A stretch of 64,000 nt of DNA from Woeseiaceae bacterium (GTDB lineage Bacteria > Pseudomonadota > Gammaproteobacteria > Steroidobacterales > Woeseiaceae), in the NCBI GenBank assembly GCA_041601995.1, contig JBFIHC010000001.1, positions 31,468-95,467 of the forward strand. Reading direction: 5' to 3'. Below, one piece after another: positions 46,117-55,182 of the stretch. The position numbers were made by a program, and so were the translations under genes. The first letter of the stretch is position 1; each line of letters starts with the position of its first letter. Below the pieces are notes generated by a model. That model saw only the letters and a program-made list of their open reading frames with translations, was not told the origin of the DNA and made no database searches.

Positions 46117-47826
46117 ATGTATACGAGTTTTTTCGGACTCAATGAGAAGCCTTTCGCGATAACGCCCGACCCGCGTTACCTGTTCCTGAGCGAACGCCAC
46201 GGCGAGGCGCTCGCTCACCTCGTCTATGGAGTAACCGAGAGCGGCGGCTTCATGCAGCTCACCGGCGAAGTCGGAACCGGGAAGACTACCCTCGTGCGCA
46301 CGCTGCTGCAGAACAAGCTCCCGAACAACGCCGACGTCGCGGTCGTGCTGAACCCGCGCCTCTCCGTCATCGAGTTTCTCGAAACCATCTGCGAGGAACT
46401 CGGGATTCTCGCTCCGGAGAACCGGGGCAGCGTCAAAGCGCTGGTCGACAGCCTCAACCAGCAGCTGCTCAAGGCTCATGCCGAGGGAAGGCGCGTCATA
46501 CTCGTCGTCGACGAGGCGCAGAACCTGTCGCGTGACGTGCTCGAGCAGGTACGACTGCTCACCAACCTGGAGACGTCAAAACAGAAGTTGCTGCAGATCA
46601 TCCTGATCGGCCAGCCGGAACTGCGCGACCTGCTTGCACGAGAGGACCTGCGACAGCTGGCGCAGCGCATCACCGGGCGCTACCACCTGGAACCCCTGTC
46701 GCGCGACGAAACCGGGCAGTACATCGAGCACCGCCTGCGTGTCGCCGGGGCGCTCGGCGAAGTTTTCGACAGCGCCGCGAAACGCGAGGTGTTCCGGCTG
46801 ACGAAGGGTGTACCGCGGCTGATCAACGTTATTTGCGATCGCGCTCTGCTGGGTGCGTACAGCAAGGAAAGCCGGCGCGTCAATCGCCGACTGGTGCGCC
46901 GCGCAGCGGCCGAGATCAAGGGAATTCCATACGCATCGCCGCTGCTGCGCCTGGCAATCCCCGTCATCGGCGGCGTGGCGGTGGCCGTGATTGTGGCCGG
47001 CCTGTGGCCCCTGCTCGAAGAGCGGAGCAGCCCGGTCACTACAACTCAGGCCAACGTGGTCGCCGCCAGGGAAAACGCCGCGGCACCCGTCGCTGCAGCG
47101 CAGCCGCAACCGGCCGCCGCGGCGCAGGCTGAAGTGGACCCCGAGCCCGAGCCTGAAACCGATCCAGAGGCAGAGCGTGAACCCGACGCGACGCTTGACG
47201 AGCAGCTGCTGCTTGCGGGCGAACTGACGAGGCTTGCGCCTGCATTCGAGGTGTTATTCGGTCTCTGGGGCCTCGAGTTCAGCGAGCCGATCACCAGTGG
47301 CTGCGACATGGCACAGAGTGCCGGTCATGCCTGCCTGATGCAGCGGGGCTCATGGAGCAGCCTACGCCAGCTGGACCGACCGGCAATCCTCACGCTTACC
47401 GACAGCCGGGGAAAGAAGCACCACGTCGTGCTGGAAGCCCTGCAGGGCGACCGGGCACAGCTTTCCATCGCCGGCGTCAGCGTCACGCATTCGTTCCTGG
47501 ACGTCACGGACATGTGGTTCGGCGACTTCATCCTGCTGTGGAAACCGCCGAACGGCAACTCACTCGCGCTCGGGCGGGGTTCGCGCGGGGACAACGTTGT
47601 CTGGCTGCGCGAGAGTCTTGCTGCCATCGATCCTCGCTACCGGGCCGAGCCGCTCGATTCAACCGTCTACGACGTGGAACTCGAGCAGCGCGTGATCGAC
47701 TTCCAGCGCGATCACCGACTCGTCGTCGATGGCCTTGCCGGACAACAGACGCAGATCATCATCAATTCACTGCTCGGGTCGGACGATACGCCCCGGCTGA
47801 CGACTTCGAGACTTGCCCGGGATTAA
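46117..47826 (+). CDS. exeA: ExeA/GspA-like AAA ATPase with C-terminal peptidoglycan-binding domain
   Basis: MYTSFFGLNEKPFAITPDPRYLF..., Walker A GEVGTGKTT, one TM, a Pro/Glu-rich linker, and a C-terminal PG-binding repeat (IDFQRDHRLVVDGLAGQQT). Confidence 0.85.
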   Translation: MYTSFFGLNEKPFAITPDPRYLFLSERHGEALAHLVYGVTESGGFMQLTGEVGTGKTTLVRTLLQNKLPNNADVAVVLNPRLSVIEFLETICEELGILAPENRGSVKALVDSLNQQLLKAHAEGRRVILVVDEAQNLSRDVLEQVRLLTNLETSKQKLLQIILIGQPELRDLLAREDLRQLAQRITGRYHLEPLSRDETGQYIEHRLRVAGALGEVFDSAAKREVFRLTKGVPRLINVICDRALLGAYSKESRRVNRRLVRRAAAEIKGIPYASPLLRLAIPVIGGVAVAVIVAGLWPLLEERSSPVTTTQANVVAARENAAAPVAAAQPQPAAAAQAEVDPEPEPETDPEAEREPDATLDEQLLLAGELTRLAPAFEVLFGLWGLEFSEPITSGCDMAQSAGHACLMQRGSWSSLRQLDRPAILTLTDSRGKKHHVVLEALQGDRAQLSIAGVSVTHSFLDVTDMWFGDFILLWKPPNGNSLALGRGSRGDNVVWLRESLAAIDPRYRAEPLDSTVYDVELEQRVIDFQRDHRLVVDGLAGQQTQIIINSLLGSDDTPRLTTSRLARD

Positions 47827-47829
47827 TCA

Positions 47830-48459
47830 ATGTCGTTCATCCTTGATGCACTGAAGAAATCCGAAACCGAGCGCCAGCAGCAGGGGCCGTCGGATTTCGC
47901 GAACGTCCCGTCCAGCACGGAGTCGCCGGGCGTACCGCGCTGGCTCTGGGTGCTCGGCCTGTTGCTGGCCGTGAACCTGGCAGTGCTGCTCGGCGTACTG
48001 TTGCGTGACGACGGCCCGGAGACCGGCCCGCCGCCGGCAGAGGCTTCGCGGGTGCAACAGGAGCCGGCACCGGGCCCCTCGTTCTCGGAGAGGATCCGGG
48101 AAGCGCGCGAACGGGATTCGGCCGCCAGCGCGAATGCCGCCGCGGCGCCCGAACCGGTTGCGCGACCCGCGGCACCGCCGCCACCAGCGCCCGTGCAGTC
48201 CCGGCCGCAACCGGAATTCACGCTCGCGGCACTGCCGACTGCCGATGAATTGCGCGCGAACGGTCAGCTCCAGCTGTCGGACCTGCACCTCGACATTCAC
48301 GTTTACAGTGAAAAGCCGGCTGAGCGATTCGTCTTCATCAACATGGTCAGACACCGGGAGAAGTCACGTCTCGCGGAGGGCCCGTTCGTGCAGGAGATCA
48401 CGCCCGAGGGCGTCATCCTGGACTACCGCGGAACCCGATTCCTGTTGCCGCGCGAGTAG
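47830..48459 (+). CDS. exeB: ExeB/GspB-like general secretion pathway protein B
   Basis: MSFILDALKKSE N-terminus, one TM, an Ala/Pro-rich linker, and a C-terminal LHLDIHVYSEKPAERFVFIN...G domain. Confidence 0.8.
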   Translation: MSFILDALKKSETERQQQGPSDFANVPSSTESPGVPRWLWVLGLLLAVNLAVLLGVLLRDDGPETGPPPAEASRVQQEPAPGPSFSERIREARERDSAASANAAAAPEPVARPAAPPPPAPVQSRPQPEFTLAALPTADELRANGQLQLSDLHLDIHVYSEKPAERFVFINMVRHREKSRLAEGPFVQEITPEGVILDYRGTRFLLPRE

Positions 48460-48473
48460 CCCGGGCAAGCCGC

Positions 48474-50297
48474 TTGAACGCACCGGTATCGACACAACTG
48501 TCCGGCGACGGCTTTGCCAACGCGTTGATTTCGGGCATTCACCGCGTTATCGACGACCAGGAAATACTCAACCAGATCAACGTATTCCCGGTGCCGGATG
48601 GCGATACCGGAACGAACCTGAGCCTGTCGCTCGGCGCCGTGCTGCCGGTCCTGCAACAGGCCAGGGAAAAACACCTGGGGACACTGCTGGCGGCAGTCGC
48701 CGACGCGCTGCTGGATAGCGCGCGCGGCAATTCGGGCGCGATCATGGCGCAGTTTTTCCAGGGCCTGAGCGACTCGGCCGGCGACCTCAGCCGATTCACG
48801 CCCTACACATTCGCGAAGGCGGTCGCCATGGGTAGCGACTACGCCCATGACGCGATGTCGAACCCGCGCGAGGGCACCATACTCTCGGTCATCGCCGCGT
48901 TCGCCGCGAGCGTCGACGACCAGTGCCGGCGGAGCGCGAACGACGACTTCCCCGCGCTTCTCCGGCATGCACTCGAGCAATCGAGACAGGCACTCACGGA
49001 AACCCAGGAGCAGCTGGAGGTGCTGCGCAAGGCCGGCGTCGTGGATGCCGGCGCCAAGGGATTTGTCGATCTCGTCGACGGCATGAACGAATACATCAGC
49101 ACAGGCAATATCGTCGCCGAACCCGACCTGTCGCTGCTGAGCATCGAAGCGCCCGTCGTTACCGCAGGCACTTCGCTGGAGTCCGGTTACCGCTATTGCA
49201 CAGAGTGCATCGTGACGGGCATCGATATCGACCGGCGCAAGTTGCGCGAGGCCCTCGACGACCTCGGCGACTCGCTGGTACTCGCGGGCACCAAGCGGAA
49301 AGCCAAGGTGCACATCCATGTCGACGAGCCAGACCGCGTTTTCGACGTCGCACGCAGATTCGGGCACATCAGTGCCGAGAAAGCTGATGACATGCGCCGG
49401 CAGCAGGCGAGCAGCCACGACGCTGACAGGCGCTTCGCCGTCATCACCGATTCCGCTGCCGACATACCGGACGAAGACATGGAGCGGCTGGACATCCACA
49501 TGGTCCCGTGCCGGGTCCAGTTCGGCGATCGCGGGTACCTCGACAAGGTGAGCATCACGGCCGACGAGTTCTTCGAGGAGCTGCGTTCGAACCCGAACCA
49601 TCCGACGACATCGCAGCCGGCGCCCGGCGATTTCCGGCGTCAGTACCAGTTCCTCGCAAGCCACTTCGCGGACGTGCTATCGATCAATCTCACCGGTATG
49701 GCGAGCGGCACGCTCGAGGCGGCGCGGTCCGCCGCAGAGCGTGTCAATGCCCGTGGCCGTATTCACGTCGTCAACTCGCGCAACGCATCGCTGGGCCAGG
49801 GCCTGCTGGTGGTGGCCGCCGCGGAATGTGCGAAAGCGGGGCTGAACCTTAAGGATGCGATCGCCGCCGTTGAGCGGCTGATTCCCGAGACCCGCACCTA
49901 CGGCCTGCTGAAGGACCTTCGCTTCGCGGTGCGGGGCGGCCGTGTGCCTCGCTGGGTGAAGAGCATCGCCGACCTGCTGCGTGCGACGGCGATCATCCGC
50001 ACCGTACCCGACGGCCGCGTCGCGTCGGGCACCTTCCTGTTCGGCCGCAAGAACCGGATCAGGCGGTTTGCGCGTTACGTCGCGAAAAAGACGCCCCCGG
50101 CGGAGTCACTCGACGTCGCCATCGGCCACGCGGTCTGCCGTGAGGACGCGGTCGCGCTCGAGCGCGAATTGCGGCGTTGCTTCGACAACATCCACCGTAC
50201 GACGATCACGGATATCGGCGCGGCGCTCGGCGTGCACGGCGGACCCGGGACGCTGATCGTAGCCACCCAGCCGTATACGCGGCCCAGAGGGCCCTAA
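48474..50297 (+). CDS. DAK2 (dihydroxyacetone kinase L-like) domain fused to a DegV-family fatty-acid-binding domain
   Basis: 607 aa. N-terminal VFPVPDGDTGTNL and ARGNSG (DAK2). C-terminal FAVITDSAADIP...TSQPAPGDF (DegV/EDD). TTG start at 48474. Confidence 0.8.
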   Translation: MNAPVSTQLSGDGFANALISGIHRVIDDQEILNQINVFPVPDGDTGTNLSLSLGAVLPVLQQAREKHLGTLLAAVADALLDSARGNSGAIMAQFFQGLSDSAGDLSRFTPYTFAKAVAMGSDYAHDAMSNPREGTILSVIAAFAASVDDQCRRSANDDFPALLRHALEQSRQALTETQEQLEVLRKAGVVDAGAKGFVDLVDGMNEYISTGNIVAEPDLSLLSIEAPVVTAGTSLESGYRYCTECIVTGIDIDRRKLREALDDLGDSLVLAGTKRKAKVHIHVDEPDRVFDVARRFGHISAEKADDMRRQQASSHDADRRFAVITDSAADIPDEDMERLDIHMVPCRVQFGDRGYLDKVSITADEFFEELRSNPNHPTTSQPAPGDFRRQYQFLASHFADVLSINLTGMASGTLEAARSAAERVNARGRIHVVNSRNASLGQGLLVVAAAECAKAGLNLKDAIAAVERLIPETRTYGLLKDLRFAVRGGRVPRWVKSIADLLRATAIIRTVPDGRVASGTFLFGRKNRIRRFARYVAKKTPPAESLDVAIGHAVCREDAVALERELRRCFDNIHRTTITDIGAALGVHGGPGTLIVATQPYTRPRGP

Positions 50298-50971
50298 CCC
50301 TCCCGCACCTCGCCATCAGCTTGGATCAGCTCGTCACCTTCGTTTCTTGCATTGTTGACCCGCCGGTCCACGGGCCAGGCCTTCAGGCGCGGGCTCTCCC
50401 GGGTTGCCGTCGCGATCAGCTCGTCGTCACCCGCGAGCCAGCGTTCGGCCCGGTCGGCATCCAGAATGACCGGCATGCGATGATGCAGCGGCGCCAGAAA
50501 GTCGTTTGCCTGCGTGGTGATCAGCGTCGCGGTCTGCAGTGACTCATCGGTCTCCTTGTCGCGCCAGTTTTCCCAGAGCCCGGCGAAAGCGAACGGCTCC
50601 TCGCTTGCCAGCGAAATGTACCAGGGGATCTTGACGGACCCGTCGCGGTGCCATTCGTAAAAACCGTCGGCCAGGACCAGGCAACGGCGGCGGCGGTAGG
50701 CGGCGCGAAATGCCGGCTTCTCCGCGACGGTCTCGGCACGCGCATTGATCATGCGGTTGCCGATCGCCGGGTCTTTCGCCCAGAACGGCACGAGACCCCA
50801 GCGCAGCGCCACCAGCGCCCGGCCTTCCACCTCGCCCTCGACATCGCGTATTACGGCGATATCCTGGGTCGGCGCGATGTTGTAGCGGGGCCCGAGATCG
50901 AGCGAACCGGACGCGCCGAACAGCGCCGCGGTCGCCTCGGCCGGGGAATAGAATGCGAATCGCCCGCACAC
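50294..50971 (-). CDS. SOS response-associated peptidase (SRAP/YedK family), abasic-site processing protein
   Basis: 225 aa beginning MCGRF (catalytic Cys2), with NIAPTQ, FWAKD, NARAET and YEW motifs. Confidence 0.9.
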   Translation of the reverse strand: MCGRFAFYSPAEATAALFGASGSLDLGPRYNIAPTQDIAVIRDVEGEVEGRALVALRWGLVPFWAKDPAIGNRMINARAETVAEKPAFRAAYRRRRCLVLADGFYEWHRDGSVKIPWYISLASEEPFAFAGLWENWRDKETDESLQTATLITTQANDFLAPLHHRMPVILDADRAERWLAGDDELIATATRESPRLKAWPVDRRVNNARNEGDELIQADGEVREG

Positions 50972-50973
50972 GG

Positions 50974-51747
50974 CTACTCGCGGATCCCGACGCCGCGGTT
51001 CATCAGGTAGAGACAGGCCGAGAACAGTAACAGCACGAACGCGACGAGGATGACGTACGCGTTGACGATACTGATGTCGGACTTGCCGAGGATGCCGTAG
51101 CGAAAGGCATTGACCATGTAGAGGATCGGGTTTGCCTTGGAGACCGTCTGCCAGAAATCCGGCAGCAGCGAAATCGAATAGAAGACGCCGCCGAGGTACG
51201 TGAGGGGCGTGAGAACGAACGTCGGGATGATGGAAATATCATCGAACTTTTTCGCGAATATGGCATTGATAAAGCCGGCGAGCGCGAAAACCGTCGATGA
51301 CAGGAGCACGATCGAAATCGTCATGAGCGGATGCTGGACGTGCAGCCGCGTGAAGAACAGTGCGATTACGGTAACCAGGACACCGACCAGCAGGCCCCGC
51401 AACACGCCGCCCGCGACGTGCCCGACGATGATCGCAGCATTCGACATCGGCGACACCAGCATCTCCTCCAGGTGACGGCCGAACTTGGCACCGAAGAACG
51501 AGGAGACGACGTTACCGTAGGAGTTCGTGATGACCGACATCATGATCAGGCCGGGCGCGATGTACTGCATGTAATCGAAACCGTCCATCGTGCCGATGCG
51601 GCGCCCGATCAGGCTGCCGAAGATGATGAAATACAGCGTCATCGTTATCGCGGGCGGGACGATGGTCTGTACCCATATGCGCAGCACCCGGATCATTTCC
51701 TTGCGGATCAGCGTCTTGATCGCGATGACATTGAGTGCAATGTTCAC
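50974..51747 (-). CDS. ABC-2 type transporter permease (YadH-like)
   Basis: 257 aa, six TMs. ATGA-type overlap with the upstream ATPase gene. Confidence 0.85.
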   Translation of the reverse strand: MNIALNVIAIKTLIRKEMIRVLRIWVQTIVPPAITMTLYFIIFGSLIGRRIGTMDGFDYMQYIAPGLIMMSVITNSYGNVVSSFFGAKFGRHLEEMLVSPMSNAAIIVGHVAGGVLRGLLVGVLVTVIALFFTRLHVQHPLMTISIVLLSSTVFALAGFINAIFAKKFDDISIIPTFVLTPLTYLGGVFYSISLLPDFWQTVSKANPILYMVNAFRYGILGKSDISIVNAYVILVAFVLLLFSACLYLMNRGVGIRE

Positions 51748-52685
51748 GCTTCTACGACCTCCCTGTCGTCGCGCTGCTTGCTTTCGACAAGACGCATGAA
51801 CAGCTCTTCGAGCCGGTTCGCCTTGTTGCGCATACTGACGACCTGGATACCGCGGGCGTTCAAATGCCGGAACAGGTCGTTGAGATCCCGCTCGGCGCCA
51901 AGCTCCACCTCGAGCTCGGTGGCGTCGAGCAGCCCGGTACGGAATCCATCGAGTTCGGGCGCCCGCTCGAGTTCGTCAGCCAGGCTGAGGACGAATACTT
52001 CGCGCTGCAGCTTGCGCAGAACCCGGCTCATCGGTGCGTCTTCGATGATCTCGCCCTCGTCGATGATCGCGACGTGACGGCACAGGGACTCGGCCTCCTC
52101 GAGGTAATGCGTCGTCAGGATGATGGTCGTGCCGGCCGCATTGATCTCGCGCAGGAACTCCCACATCGAGCGGCGTATCTCGATGTCGACGCCGGCCGTG
52201 GGCTCATCGAGGATCAGCAGCCTGGGCTCGTGAACGAGAGCCCGCGCGATCATCAGGCGCCGCTTCATCCCGCCCGAGAGGCTCCTCGAGACATCGTCGC
52301 GACGATCCCATAGCCTCAGGGCGCGCAGGTATTTCTCGGCACGCTCCCACGCGAGGCGCCTGTTGAGCCCGTAGTAGCCGGCCTGGTTCAGTACGATGTT
52401 GCCGACTTTCTCCCCCTGGTTGATGTTGAGTTCCTGGGGCACCAGGCCGATGCAGCGCTTCGCTGCCTCGAGTTCACGGTCGATGTTGTGTCCGAAAATC
52501 TCGACTTCCCCCGCCGTCTTGTTGACGAGCGACGAGATGATCCCGATCGCCGTCGTCTTGCCCGCGCCGTTCGGTCCCAGGAGTGCATAGAAGTCACCGA
52601 CGGCGACGTTGAAGTTGATACCCTTCAGCGCCGCCTTGCCATTGGCGTAGGTCTTGCGCAGGTTTTTGATCGACAGGGCGTTCAT
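51744..52685 (-). CDS. ABC transporter ATP-binding protein (YadG-like)
   Basis: Walker A GPNGAGKTT, signature LSGGMKRR, Walker B LLILDEPTAGVD. Confidence 0.9.
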   Translation of the reverse strand: MNALSIKNLRKTYANGKAALKGINFNVAVGDFYALLGPNGAGKTTAIGIISSLVNKTAGEVEIFGHNIDRELEAAKRCIGLVPQELNINQGEKVGNIVLNQAGYYGLNRRLAWERAEKYLRALRLWDRRDDVSRSLSGGMKRRLMIARALVHEPRLLILDEPTAGVDIEIRRSMWEFLREINAAGTTIILTTHYLEEAESLCRHVAIIDEGEIIEDAPMSRVLRKLQREVFVLSLADELERAPELDGFRTGLLDATELEVELGAERDLNDLFRHLNARGIQVVSMRNKANRLEELFMRLVESKQRDDREVVEA

Positions 52686-52742
52686 CAGGCGGCGTATTGT
52701 AACCGTGCCACCGCCCTATCGACACAGCCCGGGCGGCCCGCG

Positions 52743-53411
52743 TCACCTGTCCTGTTTTTTGGACCTGCGGGTCCGCGCCGGCGGCATCCTGCAGGCCGCG
52801 GCGGCGAGCGGCCGGTAATAGCGCGACGAACCCCGGGTGAGAAGGCTCTGCAGGGCGGCCATGCGGGCCGCGCGCCGCAGATGCCCGCGATTACTGACAC
52901 CCGCGGTCAGGAGCTTGTCCCAGAGATTCGGATTGCCGGCCATCCGGGGCGCAAGCAGGGTCTGATCCTCGAGCGCACGGGCAAACAGGTCCATCAGCGT
53001 GCATGCAGCGAGCTGCTCGCACCAGGACAGGCTCGCACCGCTCACCAGGCGCACCGCGTAGGGATTCCGCAGCGCAAGCTGCCACAGGAACCCAAGGCCG
53101 GCGGCGATCAGCATCGAGGCGGCTTCATCGCGTGCCTGCACACAGTGGAGCAGGTCCCGCGTTCGCTGCTCCGCAAACAGGGACTGCCAGCGGCTTTCGT
53201 CGTCCTCGGCAAACGACAGCAACAGGAACGGTGTCCGGGCCAGGCGCTCCCGTTGCTCGCCCGACAAAGCTGCGAAGCGGGCACGCGTCGCGGGCGGCAG
53301 GTCGCCCGAACCCGGGGTCTCCGGCGGCCTCGCCCTCTGCCAGGCGATGAAGGCCCTGTTCAGCATGAACACATTGGCGAGGTCTGTCCGGTCCGGGCCG
53401 TCATAGTGCAT
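52743..53411 (-). CDS. Hypothetical helical protein (222 aa), divergent from the FlhC-like gene
   Basis: ORF with good coding character and no family I can name. It ends 58 nt upstream of the ABC ATPase start. Confidence 0.6.
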   Translation of the reverse strand: MHYDGPDRTDLANVFMLNRAFIAWQRARPPETPGSGDLPPATRARFAALSGEQRERLARTPFLLLSFAEDDESRWQSLFAEQRTRDLLHCVQARDEAASMLIAAGLGFLWQLALRNPYAVRLVSGASLSWCEQLAACTLMDLFARALEDQTLLAPRMAGNPNLWDKLLTAGVSNRGHLRRAARMAALQSLLTRGSSRYYRPLAAAACRMPPARTRRSKKQDR

Positions 53412-53540
53412 GGCGTGGCTCCTGTGGGCGAATCTCGACGGATTCGGAATTTACGACATAGTTTATTTTTCGACCATTATTAGATGATAATGGGCGTCAA
53501 GGAATTTTATATGGGCTTTTTTCCTCATAATAGGTAGAAT

Positions 53541-54134
53541 ATGCGCCTGACCGACGACCGCTATGCAAATGAGAGGAGCCAGTTCGAACTGGCGTTACGG
53601 ATGATTCGGCATGAAGCGCGCACCCGCACGATCCGCGAGTGCACCGGGCTTTCGGATGACCGAATTCGCAAACTCTACAGCACCTATTTCCGCAATCCGG
53701 GACTCACCGAGGTGCGGCGGCGGCGCGGCAAGTCGCCGCGCCAGATCACCCGCTTCGTAAAGAACGCGGACCACCAGCTGCAGTCCACGACCCTCGTCGC
53801 CCTCTACAATACCGGGCTCTTGCTGCGCATCGACGAGCGTAACCGGGTCCACCCGTGCTGGCCGCGGCCTGACGTGGAGTTCGGGCACCGCCTGTGCCGC
53901 GCGTTCGAGACTTACCTGTTACTGCACGAGCGACCGCTCCTGAGTTTCGAGTGGGCATGGAGCCTGCTGCACAGCATTTGCGGTGGCGAGGAACTGCTGC
54001 TTGCCGCATGCGCCCGCTGCCAGGGACGCTATGTCCGGGATGCCTATGCGCTCGATCTCAAGACCTGCCCGTGCTGTGAGATCGAGGCGGAGCGTCGCAG
54101 GCGGCCCGGCATCAAGAGCTTCGGCGGCGATTGA
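53541..54134 (+). CDS. FlhC-like zinc-ribbon transcriptional regulator (non-flagellar context)
   Basis: 197 aa, the same length class as FlhC. By-eye colinearity with E. coli FlhC: an N-terminal helical block, a central LSDDRIRKLY versus LSRGRLIKLY match, and C-terminal CARC-x15-CPCC versus the FlhC Cys4 zinc site spacing. Confidence 0.6.
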   Translation: MRLTDDRYANERSQFELALRMIRHEARTRTIRECTGLSDDRIRKLYSTYFRNPGLTEVRRRRGKSPRQITRFVKNADHQLQSTTLVALYNTGLLLRIDERNRVHPCWPRPDVEFGHRLCRAFETYLLLHERPLLSFEWAWSLLHSICGGEELLLAACARCQGRYVRDAYALDLKTCPCCEIEAERRRRPGIKSFGGD

Positions 54135-54195
54135 ATGCGCGCCAGGGCAATCGGGTAAACTCTCGCACACGTTCGAGGGTCACCTGGGAGATCGG

Positions 54196-55083
54196 GTGCA
54201 GGACCACAATGTTTTTGCAGGCGCATTCGTGGATCGCAGTGGCGAGCGCCGCAAGGATTCCGAATGGCTCGCACGGGCCGCAAAGAGCGAAGCGTGCCGA
54301 TTCGTGCCGGTCTGGGGGGACCGGTGCCTCGTGGGGGGCGATCCGCCGCACGCGATCCTGCTGCCGCGTGACCCGATCGAATCGCTTGTCGATGACGAAC
54401 ACCTGATCTTCCTCGGCCTGTACCAGGACCACCCGACCTTCGCTTTCTCGATTGACCCGGAGCAACCGCCGCCGTTTGCGGAGCTCGGCGAATTTCATGA
54501 CCTGCGGTTCCTCGGCACGACCCTGTCCCCGGATGAAGCCAATCTCGTGGCCCACGCCCGCGCACTCGTCCTCTGGCACGCGTCGCAGCTTTACTGCGGC
54601 GTATGCGGCACTGCCGCAAGACCGGAAGCCGGCGGCAATGCGCGGACCTGCATGAACAGCGATTGCGGGCGGGTGATATTCCCGCGGGTGGATCCGGCCG
54701 TCATCGTGCTGGTATCCGACGGCGAGCGCTGCCTGCTGGGGCGGCAGGCGCGCTGGCCGGAAGGCCGTTACTCGACGATTGCAGGATTTGCCGAGCCGGG
54801 CGAGAGCCTCGAAGACGCGGTGCGTCGCGAGGTCTACGAAGAGACGAACGTGCACGTGGGCGCGGTCCGATACCACAGCTCGCAGCCGTGGCCGTTCCCG
54901 TCATCACTCATGGTCGGGTTCCTCGCGCAAGCCATCTCCGGCGACATCCGCCTGAATGACGCGGAACTCGAGGATGCGCAATGGTTCACCCGCGGGCAGC
55001 TGCGTTCCGGTTTTCCCAAGCTGCCGTTCAGGATCTCGATTGCGCGCCGGCTCGTGGATCACTGGATCGAACTCGAGTCCTGA
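54196..55083 (+). CDS. nudC: NAD(+) diphosphatase (NADH pyrophosphatase)
   Basis: Zinc ribbon CGVCGTAARPEAGGNARTCMNSDCG, Nudix box GFAEPGESLEDAVRREVYEETNV, SQPWPFP motif. Start chosen at GTG 54196 with a GGGAGA RBS; the track ORF starts at 53983 and overlaps the upstream gene. Confidence 0.88.
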   Translation: MQDHNVFAGAFVDRSGERRKDSEWLARAAKSEACRFVPVWGDRCLVGGDPPHAILLPRDPIESLVDDEHLIFLGLYQDHPTFAFSIDPEQPPPFAELGEFHDLRFLGTTLSPDEANLVAHARALVLWHASQLYCGVCGTAARPEAGGNARTCMNSDCGRVIFPRVDPAVIVLVSDGERCLLGRQARWPEGRYSTIAGFAEPGESLEDAVRREVYEETNVHVGAVRYHSSQPWPFPSSLMVGFLAQAISGDIRLNDAELEDAQWFTRGQLRSGFPKLPFRISIARRLVDHWIELES

Positions 55084-55182
55084 TAATTCGCACCGGGGAA
55101 GCGCCCGCCAGTGCCCGTAACGCTTGTGAACATGGATATGCGGAAACATTCGTGCGTAAGCGGTTATTGATATGCTCACGTC

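Noticed and set aside
44877-49664. Minus-strand ORFs 44877..45980, 46576..47109 and 48423..49664
   Set aside because: They are antisense to dinB, exeA and the DAK2-DegV gene respectively, with no recognisable domains. Shadow ORFs.
52743-54134. The FlhC-like gene as a remnant of an integrative conjugative element (SetCD/AcaCD-like)
   Set aside because: There is no integrase, relaxase, T4SS gene, tRNA attachment site or direct repeat in the surrounding 20 kb. The neighbours are housekeeping genes (ABC exporter, nudC, NRDE), and apart from the AT-rich intergenic region the composition matches the rest of the window.
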